From Octopus sinensis (lineage: Eukaryota): 64,000 bases of DNA. The translations under genes were made by a program, and so were the position numbers. Under the pieces are notes generated by a model. That model saw only the letters and a list, made by a program, of their open reading frames with translations, had not been told where the DNA came from and searched no databases. The stretch is from positions 93,310,001-93,374,000 of the forward strand of contig NC_043005.1 of assembly GCF_006345805.1 (NCBI RefSeq). Direction: 5' to 3'. Positions 24,901 to 39,900 of this stretch are shown piece by piece (positions within the stretch are counted from its first letter, which is position 1; every line of letters begins with the position of its first letter).

Positions 24901-27900
24901 GCGTAAGCCAAGAATATACGTGATGTTTCATGAAGAAGCAGAAGGGATGAAACGTAAGCCGAGAATATCCATGATGTTTCATGAAGAAGCAGAAGGGATG
25001 AAACGTAAGCCAAGAATATACATGATGTTTTATGAAGAAGCAGGAGGGATGAAACGTAAGCCAAGTATATACATGATGTTTCATGAAGAAGCAGAAGGGC
25101 TGAAACGTAAGCCAAGAATATACATGATGTTCCATGAATAAGCAGAAGGGCTGAAACGTAGGCCAAGAATATACATGATGTTTCATGGAGAAGCAGGAGG
25201 GCTGAAACGTAAGCCAAGAATATTCATGATGTTTCATGAAGAAGCAGAAGGGCTGAAACGTAAGTCATGAATATACATGATGTTTCATGAATAAGCAGAA
25301 GGGCTGAAACGTAAGCGAAGAATATACATGAAGTTTCATGAATAAGCAGAAGGGATAAAACGTAAGCCAAGAATATCCATGATGTTTCATGAAGAAGCAG
25401 AAGGGCTGAAACGTAAGCCAAGAATATACATGACGTTTCATGGAGAAGCAGAAGGGCTGAAACGTAAGCCAAGAATATACATGACGTTTCATGGAGAAGC
25501 AGATGGGCTGAAACGTAAGCCAAGAATATACATGATCTTTCATGAAGAAGCAGAAGGGCGGAAACGTAAGCCAAGATTATACATGATTTCATGAATAAGC
25601 AGAAGGGCTGAAACGTAAGCCAAGAACATACATGATGTTTCATGAATAAGCAGAAGGGCTGAAACGTAAGCCAAGAATATACGTGATGTTTCATGAAGAA
25701 GCAGAAGGGATGAATCGTAAGCCAAGAATATCCATGATGTTTCATGAAGAAGCAGAAGGGATGAAACGTAAGCCAAGAATATACATGATGTTTCATGAAG
25801 AAGCAGAGGGGAAACGTAAGCCAAGAATATACATGATGTTTCATGAAGAAGCAGAAGGGCTGAAACGTAAGCCAAGAATATACATGATGTTCCATGAATA
25901 AGCAGAAGGGCTGAAACGTAAGCCAAGAATATACATGATGTTTCATGAAGAAGCAGGAGGGCTGAAACGTAAGCCAAGAATATACATGATGTTTCATGAA
26001 GAAGCAGAAGGGCTGAAACGTAAGCCAAGATTTATATGATGTTTCATGTAATAAGCAGAAGGGCTTGAATGTAAGCCAAGTATATCCATGCTGTTTCATG
26101 AATAAGCAGAAGGGCTTGAACGTAAGCCAAGAATATACATGATGTTTCATGAATAAGCAAAAGGGCTGAAACGTAAGCCAAGAATATTATGATGTTTCAT
26201 GAATAAGCAGAAGAGCTGAAACGTAAGCCAAGAATATACATGATGTGTCATGAAGATGCAGAAGGGCTGAAACGTAAGCCAAGAACATACATGATGTTTC
26301 ATGAATAAGCAGAAGGGCTTAAGCGTAAGCCAAGAATATACGTGATGTTTCATGAAGAAGCAGAAGGGCTGAAACGTAAGCCAAGAATATACATGATGAG
26401 TCATGAATAAGCAGAAGGGCTGAAACGTAAGCCAAGAACATACATGATGTTTCATGAATAAGCAGAAGGGCTGAAGCGTAAGCCAAGAATATACGTGATG
26501 TTTCATGAAGAAGCAGAAGGGATGAAACGTAAGCCAAGAATATCCATGATGTTTCATGAAGAAGCAGAAGGGATGAAACGTAAGCCAAGAATATACATGA
26601 TGTTTCATGAAGAAGCAGGAGGGATGAAACGTAAGCCAAGAACATACATGATGTTTCATGAATAAGCAGAAGGGCTGAAGCGTAAGCCAAGAATATACGT
26701 GATGTTTCATGAAGAAGCAGAAGGGATGAAACGTAAGCCGAGAATATCCCTGATGTTTCATGAAGAAGCAGAAGGGATGAAACGTAAGCCAAGAATATAC
26801 ATGATGTTTTATGAAGAAGCAGGAGGGATGAAACGTAAGCCAAGTATATACATGATGTTTCATGAAGAAGCAGAAGGGCTGAAACGTAAGCCAAGAATAT
26901 ACATGATGTTCCATGAATAAGCAGAAGGGCTGAAACGTAGGCCAAGAATATACATGATGTTTCATGGAGAAGCAGGAGGGCTGAAACGTAAGCCAAGAAT
27001 ATACATGATGTTTCATGAAGAAGCAGAAGGGCTGAAACGTAAGTCATGAATATACATGATGTTTCATGAATAAGCGGAAGGGCTGAAACGTAAGCGAAGA
27101 ATATACATGAAGTTTCATGAATAAGCAGAAGGGATAAAACGTAAGCCAAGAATATCCATGATGTTTCATGAAGAAGCAGAAGGGCTGAAACGTAAGCCAA
27201 GAATATACATGACGTTTCATGGAGAAGCAGAAGGGCTGAAACGTAAGCCAAGAATATACATGACGTTTCATGGAGAAGCAGATGGGCTGAAACGTAAGCC
27301 AAGAATATACATGATCTTTCATGAAGAAGCAGAAGGGCGAAACGTAAGCCAAGATTATACATGATGTTCATGAATAAGCAGAAGGCTGAAACGTAAGCCA
27401 AGAACATACATGATGTTTCATGAATAAGCAGAAGGGCTGAAACGTAAGCCAAGAATATACGTGATGTTTCATGAAGAAGCAGAAGGGATGAATCGTAAGC
27501 CAAGAATATCCATGATGTTTCATGAAGAAGCAGAAGGGATGAAACGTAAGCCAAGAATAAACATGATGTTTCATGAAGAAGCAGGAGGATGAAACGTAAG
27601 CCAAGAATATACATGATGTTTCATGAAGAAGCAGAAGGGCTGAAACGTAAGCCAAGAATATACATGATGTTCCATGAATAAGCAGAAGGGCTGAAACGTA
27701 AGCCAAGAATATACATGATGTTTCATGAAGAAGCAGGAGGGCTGAAACGTAAGCCAAGAATATACATGATGTTTCATGAAGAAGCAGAAGGGCTGAAACG
27801 TAAGCCAAGATTTTATATGATGTTTCATGTATAAGCAGAAGGGCTTGAATGTAAGCCAAGTATATCCATGCTGTTTCATGAATAAGCAGAAGGGCTTGAA

Positions 27901-30900
27901 CGTAAGCCAAGAATATACATGATGTTTCATGAATAAGCAAAAGGGCTGAAACGTAAGCCAAGAATATATATGATGTTTCATGAATAAGCAGAAGAGCTGA
28001 AACGTAAGCCAAGAATATACATGATGTTTCATGAAGCAGAAGGGCTGAAACGTAAGCCAAGAACATACATGATGTTTCATGAATAACAGAAGGGCTGAAG
28101 CGTAAGCCAAGAATATACGTGATGTTTCATGAAGAAGCAGAAGGGTGAAACGTAAGCCAGAATATCATGATGTTTCATGAAGAAGCAGAAGGGCTGAAAC
28201 GTAAGCCAAGAATATACATGATGTTTTATGAAGAAGCAGGAGGGATGAAACGTAAGCCAAGAATATACATGATGTTTCATGAAGAGCAGAAGGGCTGAAA
28301 CGTAAGCCAAGAATATACATGATGTTCCATGAATAAGCAGAAGGGCTGAAACGTAAGCCAAGAATATACATGATGTTTCATGGAGAAGCAGGAGGGCTGA
28401 AACGTAAGCCAAGAATATACATGATGTTTCATGAAGAAGCAGAAGGGCTGAAACGTAAGTCAAAAATATACATGATGATTCATAAATAAGCAGAAGGGCT
28501 GAAACGTAAGCCAAGAATATACATGAGTTTCATGAATAAGCAGAAGGGATAAAACGTAAGCCAAGAATATCCATGATGTTTCATGAAGAAGCAGAAGGGC
28601 TGAAACGTAAGCCAAGAATATACATGACGTTTCATGAGAAGCAGAAGGGCTGAAACGTAAGCCAAGAATATACATGATTTCATGGAGAAGCAGATGGGCT
28701 GAAACGTAACCAAGAATATACATGATCTTTCATGAAGAAGCAGAAGGGCGGAAACGTAAGCCAAGATTATACATGATGAGTCATGAATAAGCAGAAGGGC
28801 TGAAACGTAAGCCAAGAACATACATGATGTTTCATGAATAAGCAGAAGGGCTGAAACGTAAGCCAAGAATATACGTGATGTTTCATGAAGAAGCAGAAGG
28901 GATGAACGTAAGCCAAGAATATCCATGATGTTTCATGAAGAAGCAGAAGGGATGAAACGTAAGCCAAGAATATACATGATGTTTCATGAAGAAGCAGAGG
29001 GATGAAACGTAAGCCACAATATACATGTCGTTTCATGGAGAAGCAGAAGGGCTGAAACTTATGCCAAGAATATACATGATGTTTCATGAATAAGATGAAG
29101 GGCTGAAACGTAAGCCAAGAATATACATGATGTTTCAGGAAGAAGCAGAAGGGCTGAAACGTAAGCCAAGAATATACATGACGTTTCATGGAGAAGCAGA
29201 AGGGCTGAAACGTAAGCCAAGAATATACATGATCTTTTATGAAGAAGCAGAAGGGCTGAAACGTAAGCCAAGAATATCCATGATGTTTCAGGAAGAAGCA
29301 GAGGGGCTGAAACGTAAGCCAAGTTTTTATATGATGTTTCATGTATAAGCAGAAGGGCTTGAATGTAAGCCAAGTATATCCATGCTGTTTCATGAGAAGC
29401 AGAAGGGCTGAACGTAAGCCAAGAATATACATGATGTTTCATGAATAAGCAAAAGGGCTGAAACGTAAGCCAAGAATATATATGATGTTTCATGAATAAG
29501 CAGAAGAGCTGAAACGTAAGCCAAGAATATACATGATGTGTCATGAAGATGCAGAAGGGCTGAAACGTAAGCCAAGAACATACATGATGTTTCATGAATA
29601 ACCAGAAGGGCTGAAGCGTAAGCCAAGAATATACGTGATGTTTCATGAAGAAGCAGAAGGGCTGAAAAGTAAGCCAAGAATATACATGATGAGTCATGAA
29701 TAAGCAGAAGGGCTGAAACGTAAGCCAAGAACATACATGATGTTTCATGAATAAGCAGAAGGGCTGAAGCGTAAGCCAAGAATATACGTGATGTTTCATG
29801 AAGAAGCTGAAGGGATGAAACGTAAGCCAGAATATCCATGATGTTTCATGAAGAAGCAGAAGGGATGAAACGTAAGCCAAGAATATACATGATGTTTCAT
29901 GAAGAAGCAGAGGATGAAACGTAAGCCAAGAATACATGATGTTTCATGAATAGCAGAAGGGCTGAAGCGTAAGCCAAGAATATACGTGATGTTTCATGAA
30001 GAAGCAGAAGGGATGAAACGTAAGCCGAGAATATCCATGATGTTTCATGAAGAAGCAGAAGGGATGAAACGTAAGCCAAGAATATACATGATGTTTTATG
30101 AAGAAGCAGAGGGATGAAACGTAAGCCAAGTATATACATGATGTTTCATGAAGAAGCAGAAGGGCTGAAACGTAAGCCAAGAATATACATGATGTTCATG
30201 AATAAGCAGAAGGGCTGAAACGTAGCCAAGAATATACATGATGTTTCATGAGAAGCAGAGGGCTGAAACGTAAGCCAAGAATATACATGATGTTTCATGA
30301 AGAAGCAGAAGGGCTGAAACGTAAGTCATGAATATACATGATGTTTCATGAATAAGCGAAGGGCTGAAACGTAAGCGAAGAATATACATGAAGTTTCATG
30401 AATAAGCAGAAGGGATAAAACGTAAGCCAAGAATATCCATGATGTTTCATGAAGAGCAGAAGGGCTGAAACGTAAGCCAAGAATATACATGACGTTTCAT
30501 GGAGAAGCAGAAGGGCTGAAACGTAAGCCAAGAATATACATGACGTTTCATGGAAAGCAGAGGGCTGAAACGTAAGCCAAGAATATACATGATCTTTCAT
30601 GAAGAAGCAGAAGGGCGGAAACGTAAGCCAAGATTATACATGATGAGTCATGAATAAGCAGAAGGGCTGAAACGTAAGCCAAGAACATACATGATGTTTC
30701 ATGAATAAGCAGAAGGGCTGAAACGTAAGCCAAGAATATACGTGATGTTTCATGAAGAAGCAGAAGGGATGAATCGTAAGCCAAGAATATCCATGATGTT
30801 TCATGAAGAAGCAGAAGGGATGAAACGTAAGCCAAGAATAAACATGATGTTTCATGAAGAAGCAGGAGGGATGAAACGTAAGCCAAGAATATACATGATG

Positions 30901-33900
30901 TTTCATGAAGAAGCAGAAGGGCTGAAACGTAAGCCAAGAATATACATGATGTTCCATGAATAAGCAGAAGGGCTGAAACGTAAGCCAAGAATATACATGA
31001 TGTTTCATGAAGAAGCAGAAGGGCTGAAACGTAAGCCAAGAATATACATGATGTTTCATGAAGAAGCAGAAGGGCTGAAACGTAAGCCAAGATTTTATAT
31101 GATGTTTCATGTATAAGCAGAAGGGCTTGAATGTAAGCCAAGTATATCCATGCTGTTTCATGAATAAGCAGAAGGGCTTGAACGTAAGCCAAGAATATAC
31201 ATGATGTTTCCTGAATAAGCAAAAGGGCTGAAACGTAAGCCAAGAATATATATGATGTTTCATGAATAAGCAGAAGAGCTGAAACGTAAGCCAAGAATAT
31301 ACATGATGTTTCATGAAGATGCAGAAGGGCTGAAACGTAAGCCAAGAACATACATGATGTTTCATGAATAACCAGAAGGGCTGAAGCGTAAGCCAAGAAT
31401 ATACGTGATGTTTCATGAAGAAGCAGAAGGGATGAAACGTAAGCCGAGAATATCCATGATGTTTCATGAAGAAGCAGAAGGGATGAAACGTAAGCCAAGA
31501 ATATACATGATGTTTTATGAAGAAGCAGGAGGGATGAAACGTAAGCCAAGAATATACATGATGTTTCATGAAGAAGCAGAAGGGCTGAAACGTAAGCCAA
31601 GAATATACATGATGTTCCATGATAAGCAGAAGGGCTGAAACGTAGGCCAAGAATATACATGATGTTTCATGGAGAAGCAGAGGGCTGAAACGTAAGCCAA
31701 GAATATACATGATGTTTCATGAAGAAGCAGAAGGGCTGAAACGTAAGTCATGAATATACATGATGTTTCATGAATAAGCAGAAGGGCTGAAACGTAAGCG
31801 AAGAATATACATGAAGTTTCATGAATAAGCAGAAGGGATGAAAACGTAAGCCAAGAATATCCATGATGTTTCATGAAGAAGCAGAAGGGCTGAAACGTAA
31901 GCCAAGAATATACATGATGTTTCATGGAGAAGCAGAAGGGCTGAAACGTAAGCCAGAATATACATGACATTTCATGAGAAGCAGAAGGGCTGAAACGTAA
32001 CCCAAGAATATACATGATCTTCCATGAAGAAGCAGAAGGGCGGAAACGTAAGCCAAGATTATACATGATGAGTCATGAATAAGCAGAAGGGCTGAAACGT
32101 AAGCCAAGAACATACATGATGTTTCATGAATAAGCAGAAGGGCTGAAACGTAAGCCAAGAATATACATGATGTTTCATGAAGAAGCAGAAGGGATGAATC
32201 GTAAGCCAAGAATATCCATGATGTTTCATGAAGAAGCAGAAGGGATGAAACGTAAGCCAAGAATATACATGATGTTTCATGAAGAAGCAGGAGGGATGAA
32301 ACGTAAGCCACGAATATACATGACGTTTCATGGAGAAGCAGAAGGGCTGAAACTTATGCCAAGAATATACATGATGTTTCATGAATAAGATGAAGGGCTG
32401 AAACGTAAGCCAAGAATATACATGATGTTTCAGGAAGAAGCAGAAGGGCTGAAACGTAAGCCAAGAATATACATGACGTTTCATGGAGAAGCAGAAGGGC
32501 TGAAACGTAAGCCAAGAATATACATGATCTTTTATGAAGAAGCAGAAGGGCTGAAACGTAAGCCAAGAATATCCATGATGTTTCAGGAAGAAGCAGAGGG
32601 CTGAAACGTAAGCCAAGATTTTATATGATGTTTCATGAATAAGCAGAAGGGCTTGAATGTAAGCCAAGGATATCCATGCTGTTTCATGAATAAGCAGAAG
32701 GGCTTGAACGTAAGCCAAGAATATACATGATGTTTCATGAATAAGCAAAAGGGCTGAAACGTAAGCCAAATATATATATGTTTTTCATGAATAAGCAGAA
32801 GAGCTGAAACGTAAGCCAAGAATATACATGATGTGTCATGAAGATGCAGAAGGGCTGAAACGTAAGCCAAGAACATACATGATGTTTCATGTATAAACCA
32901 GAAGGCTGAAGCGTAAGCCAAGAATATACGTGATGTTTCATGAAGAAGCAGAAGGGCTGAAACGTAAGCCAAGAATATACATGATGAGTCATGAATAAGC
33001 AGAAGGGCTGAAACGTAAGCCAAGAATATACATGATGTTTCATGAATAAGCAGAAGGGCTGAAGCGTAAGCCAAGAATATACGTGATGTTTCATGAAGAA
33101 GCAGAAGGATGAAACGTAAGCCAAGATACCATGATGTTTCATGAAGAAGCAGAAGGGATGAAACGTAAGCCAAGAATATACATGATGTTTCATGAAGAAG
33201 CAGGAGGGATGAAACGTATGCCAAGAATATACATGATGTTTCATGAAGAAGCAGAAGGGCTGAAACGTAAGCCAAGAATATCCATGATGTTTCATAAATA
33301 AGCAGAAGGGATGAAACGTTAGCCAATTAAATACATGATGTGTCATGAAGAAGCAGAAGGGCTGAAACGTAAGCCAAGAATATACATGATGTTTCATGAA
33401 GAAGCAGAAGGGCTGAAACGTAAGTCATGAATATACATGATGTTTCATGAATAAGCAGAAGGGCTGAAACGTAAGCGAAGAATATACATGAAGTTTCATG
33501 AATAAGCAGAAGGGATAAAACGTAAGCCAAGAATATCCATGATGTTTCATGAAGAAGCAGAAGGGCTGAAACGTAAGCCAAGAATATACGTGACGTTTCA
33601 TGGAGAAGCAGAAGGGCTGAAACGTATGCCAAGAATATACATGATGTTTCATGAATAAGATGAAGGGCTGAAACGTAAGCCAAGAATATACATGATGTTT
33701 CAGGAAGAAGCAGAAGGGCTGAAACGTAAGCCAAGAATATACATGACGTTTCATGGAGAAGCAGAAGGGCTGAAACGTAAGCCAAGAATAACATGATCTT
33801 TCATGAAGAAGCAGAAGGGCTGAAACGTAAGCCAAGAATATCCATGATGTTTCAGAAGAAGCAGAGGGGCTGAAACGTAAGCCAAGATTTTATATGATGT

Positions 33901-36900
33901 TTCATGAATAAGCAGAAGGGCTTGAATGTAAGCCAGAATATCCATGCTGTTTCATGAATAAGCAGAAGGGCTTGAACGTAAGCCAAGAATATACATGATG
34001 TTTCATGAATAAGCAAAAGGGCTGAAACGTAAGCCAAGAATATACATGATGTTTCATGAATAAGCAGAAGAGCTGAAACGTAAGCCAAGAATATACATGA
34101 TGTGTCATGAAGATGCAGAAGGGCTGAAACGTAAGCCAAGAATACATGATGTTTCATGAATAACCAGAAGGGCTGAAGCGTAAGCCAAGAATATACGTGA
34201 TGTTTCATGAAGAAGCAGAAGGGCTGAAACGTAAGCCAAGAATATACATGATGTTTCATGAATAAGCAGAAGGGCTGAAACGTACGCCAAGAATATACAT
34301 GATGTTTCATGAATAAGCAGAAGGGCTGAAACGTAAGCCAAGAATATCCATGATGTTTCATGATGAAGAAGCAAAGGGATGAAACGTAAGCCAAGAATAC
34401 ATGATGTTTCATGAAGAAGGAGGAGGATGAAACGTAAGCCAAGAATATACATGATGTTTCATGAAGAAGCAGAAGGGCTGAAACGTAAGCCAGAATATAC
34501 ATGATGTTCCATGAATAAGATGAAGGCTGAAACGTAAGCCAAGAATATACATGATGTTTCATGAAGAAGCAGAGGGCTGAAAACGTAAGCCAAGAATATA
34601 CATGATGTTTCATGAAGAAGCAGAAGGGCTGAAACGTAAGTCATGAATATACATGATGTTTCATGAATAAGCAGAAGGGCTGAAACGTAAGCGAAGAATA
34701 TACATGAAGTTTCATGAATAAGCAGAAGGGATAAAACGTAAGCCAAGAATATCCATGATGTTTCATGAAGAAGCAGAAGGGCTGAAACGTAAGCCAAGAA
34801 CATACATGATGTTTCATGAATAAGCAGAAGGGCTGAAGCGTAGGCCAAGAATATACATGATGTTTCATGAAGAAGCAGAAGGGATGAAACGTAAGCCGAG
34901 AATATCCATGATGTTTCATGAAGAAGCAGAAGGATGAAACGTAAGCCAAGAATATACATGATGTTTCATGAGAAGCAGGAGGGATGAAACGTAAGCCAAG
35001 AATATACATGATGTTTCATGAAGAAGCAGAAGGGCTGAACGTAAGCCAAGAATATACATGATGTTCCATGAATAAGCAGAAGGGCTGAACGTAGGCCAAG
35101 AATATACATGATGTTTCATGGAGAAGCAGGAGGGCTGAAACGTAAGCCAAGAATATACATGATGTTTCATGAAGAAGCAGAAGGGCTGAAACGTAAGTCA
35201 TGAATATACATGATGTTTCATGAATAAGCAGAAGGGCTGAAACGTAAGCGAAGAATATACATGAAGTTTCATGAATAAGCAGAAGGGATAAATCGTAAGC
35301 CAAGAATATCCATGATGTTTCATGAAGAAGCAGAAGGGCTGAAACGTAAGCCAAGAATATACATGACGTTTCATGGAGAAGCAGAAGGGCTGAAACGTAT
35401 GCCAAGAATATACATGATGTTTCATGAATAAGATGAAGGGCTGAAACGTAAGCCAAGAATATACATGATGTTTCATGAATAAGATGAAGGGCTGAAACGT
35501 AAGCCAAGAATATACATGATGTTTCATGAAGAAGCAGAAGGGCTGAAACGTAAGCCAAGAATATACATGATGTTCCATGAATAAGCAGAAGGGCTGAAAC
35601 GTAAGCCAAGAATATACATGATGTTTCATGAAGAAGCAGGAGGGCTGAAACGTAAGCCAAGAATATACATGATGTTTCATGAAGAAGCAGAAGGGCTGAA
35701 ACTTAAGTCATGAATATACATGATGTTTCATGAATAAGCAGAAGGGCTGAAACGTAAGCGAAGAATATACATGAAGTTTCATGAATAAGCAGAAGGGATA
35801 AAACGTAAGCCAAGAATATCCATGATGTTTCATGAAGAAGCAGAAGGGCTGAAACGTAAGCCAAGAATATACATGACGTTTCATGGAGAAGCAGAAGGGC
35901 TGAAACATATGCCAAGATGTTTCATGAATAAGATGAAGGGCTGAAACGTAAGCCAAGAATATACATGATGTTTCAGGAAGAAGCAGAAGGCCTGAAACGT
36001 AAGCCAAGATTATACATGAAACGTATGCCAAGATGTTTCATGAATAAGATGAAGGGCTGAAACGTAAGCCAAGAATATACATGATGTCCAGGAAGAAGCA
36101 GAAGGGCTGAAACGTAAGCCAAGAATATACATGACGTTTCGTGGAGAAGCAGAAGGGCTGAAACGTAAGCCAAGAATATACATGATCTTTCATAAAGAAG
36201 CAGAAGGGCTGAAACGTAAGCCAAGAATATCCATGATGTTTCAGGAAGAAGCAGAGGGGCTGAAACGTAAGCCAAGATTTTATATGATGTTTCATGAATA
36301 AGCAGAAGGGCTTGAATGTAAGCCAGGATATCCATGCTGTTTCATGAATAAGCAGAAGGGCTTGAACGTAAGCCAAGAATATACATGATGTTTCATGAAT
36401 AAGCAAAGGGCTGAAACGTAAGCCAAGAATATATATGATGTTTCATGAATAAGCAGAAGAGCTGAAACGTAAGCCAAGAATATACATGATGTGTCATGAA
36501 GATGCAGAAGGGCTGAAACGTAAGCCAAGAACATACATGATGTTTCATAAATAACCAGAAGGGCTGAAGCGTAAGCCAAGAATATACGTGATGTTTCATG
36601 AAGAAGCAGAAGGGATGAAACGTAAGCCAAGAATATACATGATGAGTCATGAATAAGCAGAAGGGCTGAAACGTAAGCCAAGAATATACATGACGTTTCA
36701 TGGAGAAGCAGAAGGGCTGAAACGTAAGCCAAGAATATACATGATCTTTCATGAAGAAGCAGAAGGGCTGAAACGTAGGCCAAGAATATCCATGATGTTT
36801 CAGGAAGAAGCAAAGGGGCTGAAACGTAAGCCAAGATTTTATATGATGTTTCATGAATAAGCAGAAGGGCTTGAATGTAAGCCAAGGATATCCATGCTGT

Positions 36901-39900
36901 TTCATGAATAAGCAGAAGGGCTTGAACGTCAGCCAAGAATATACATGATGTTTCATGAATAAGCAAAAGGGCTGAAACGTACGCCAAGAATATATATGAT
37001 GTTTCATGAATAAGCAGAAGAGCTGAAACGTAAGCCAAGAAATACATGATGTGTCATGAAGATGCAGAAGGGCTGAAACGTAAGCCAAGAATATACATGA
37101 TGTGTCATGAAGATGCAGAAGGGCTGAAACGTAAGCCAAGAATATACGTGATGATTCATGAAGAAGCAGAAGGGATGAAACGTGAGCCAAGAATATACAT
37201 GATGTTTCATGAATAAGCAGAAGGGCTGAAACGTAAGCCAAGAATATCCATGATGTTTCATAAAGAAGCAGAAGGGCTGAAACGTAAGCCAAGAATATCC
37301 ATGATGTTTCATGAATAAGCAGAAGGGATGAAACTTTAGCCAATTAAATACATGATGTGTCATGAAGAAGCAGAAGGGCTAAAACGTCACCCGAGAATGT
37401 CCATGATGTTTCATGAAGAAGCAGAAGGGATGGAACGTAAGCCAAGAATATACATGATGTTTCATGAAGAAGCAGAAGGGCTGAAACGTAAGCCAAGAAT
37501 ATACATGATGTTCCATGAATAAGCAGAAGGGCTGAAACGTAAGCCAAGAATATACATGATGTTTCATGAAGAAGCAGAAGGGCTGAAACGTAAGCCAAGA
37601 ATATACATGATGTTTCATGAATAAGATGAAGGGCTGAAACGTAAGCCAAGAATATACATGATGTTTCATGAAGAAGCAGAAGGGCTGAAACGTAAGCCAA
37701 GAATATACATGACGTTTCATGGAGAAGCAGAAGGGCTTAAACGTAAGCCAAGAATATACATGATGTTTCATGAAGAAGCAGAAGGGCTGAAACGTAAGCC
37801 AAGTATATACATGATGTTTCATGAATAAGATGAAGGGCTGAAACGTAAGCCAAGCATATACATGATGTTTCATGTAGAAGCAGAAGGGCTGAAACGTAAG
37901 TCATGAATATACATGATGTTTCATGAAGAAGCAGAAGGGCTGAAACGTAAGCCAAGAATATCCATGATGTTTCATGAAGAAACAGAAGGGCTGAAACGTT
38001 AGCCAAGAATTTATATGACGTTTCATGAATAAGCAGAAGGGCTTGAACGTAAGCCAAGAATATACATGATGTTTAGCAATCACCAGAAGGGCTCAAACGT
38101 AAGCCAAGAATATCCATGATGTTTCATGAATAACCAGAAGGGCTGAAACGTAAGCCAAGAATATCCATGATGTTTATAAATAAACAGAAGGGCTGAAACG
38201 TAAGCCAAGAATATACATGATGTTTCATGAAGAAGCAGAAGGGCTGAAGCGTAAGCCAAGAATATACGTGATGATTCATGAAGAAGCAGATGGGATGAAA
38301 CGTGAGCCAAGAATATCCATGATGTTTCATGAAGAAGCAGAAGGGCTGAAACGTAAGCCAAGAATATCCATGATGTTTCATGAAGAAGCAGAAGGGCTGA
38401 AACGTAAGCCAAGAATATCCATGATGTTTCATGAATAAGCAGAAGGGCTGAAACGTAAGCCAAGAATATACATGATGTTTCATGAAGAAGCAGAAGGGCT
38501 GAAACGTAAGCCAAGAATATACATAATGTTTCATAAATAAGCAGAAGGGCTGGAACGTAAGCCAAGAATATACATGATGTTTCATGAATAACCAGAAGGG
38601 CTGAAACGTAAGCCAAGAATATCCATGATGTTTCATGAAGAAGCAGAAGTGCTGAAACGTAAGCCAAGTATATCCATGATGTTTCATGAATAAGCAGAAG
38701 GGATGAAACGTTAGCCAATTAAATACATGATGTGTCATGAAGAAGCAGAAGGGCTAAAACGTCACCCGAGAATATCCATGATGTTTCATGAATAAGCAGA
38801 AGGGCTGAAACGTAAGCCAAGAATATACATGATGTTTCATGAATAAGATGAAGGGCTGAAACGTAAGCCAAGAATATACATGATGTTTCATGAAGAAGCA
38901 GAAGGGTGAAACGTAAGCCAAGAATATACATGACGTTTCATGGAGAAGCAGAAGGGCTTCAACGTAAGCCAAGTATATCCATGATGTTTCATGAAGAAGC
39001 AGAAGGGCTGAAACGTAAGCCAAGAATATACATGATGTTTCATGAATAAGCAGAAGGGCTTAAGCGTAAGCCAAGAATATACGTTATGTTTCATGAAGAA
39101 GCAGAAGGGATGAAACGTAAGCCAAGAATATCCATGATGTTTCATGAAGAAGCAGATGGGCTGAAACGTAAGCCTAGAAAATCCATGATGTTTCATGAAG
39201 AAGCAGAAGGGCTGAAACGTAAGCCAAGAATATCCATGATGTTTCATGTACAAGCAGAAGGGCTGAAACATAAGCCAAGAATATACATGATGTTTCATGA
39301 AGAAGCAGAAGGGCTGAAACGTAAGCCAAGAATATCCATGATGTTTATAAATAATCAGAAGGGGTGAAACGTAAGCCAAGAATATACATGATATTTCATG
39401 AATAAGCAGAAGGGCTGAAACGTAAGCCAAGATTATACATGATGTTTCATGAATAAGCACGATGGCTGAAAGGTAAGCCAAGCCTATCCATGATGTTTCT
39501 AAAAGAAGCAGAAGGGCTGAAACGTAAGCCAAGAATATCCATGATGTTTCATAAATAAGCAGAAGGGCTGGAACGTAAGCCAAGAATATACATGATGTTT
39601 CATGAATAAGCAGAAGGGCTGAAACGTGAGCCAAGAATATCCATGTTGTATCATGAATAAGCAGAAGGGATGAAACGTAAGCCAAGAATATACCTGATGT
39701 TTCATGAAGAAGCAGAAGGGCTGAAACGTAAGCCAAGAATATACATGATGTTTCATGAAGAAGCAGAAGGGCTGAAACGTAAGCCAAGAATATACATGAT
39801 GTTCCATGAATAAGCAGAACGGCTGAAACGTAAGCCAAGAAATACATGATGTTTCATGAATAAGCAGAAGGGCTGAAACGTAAGCCAAGTATATACATGA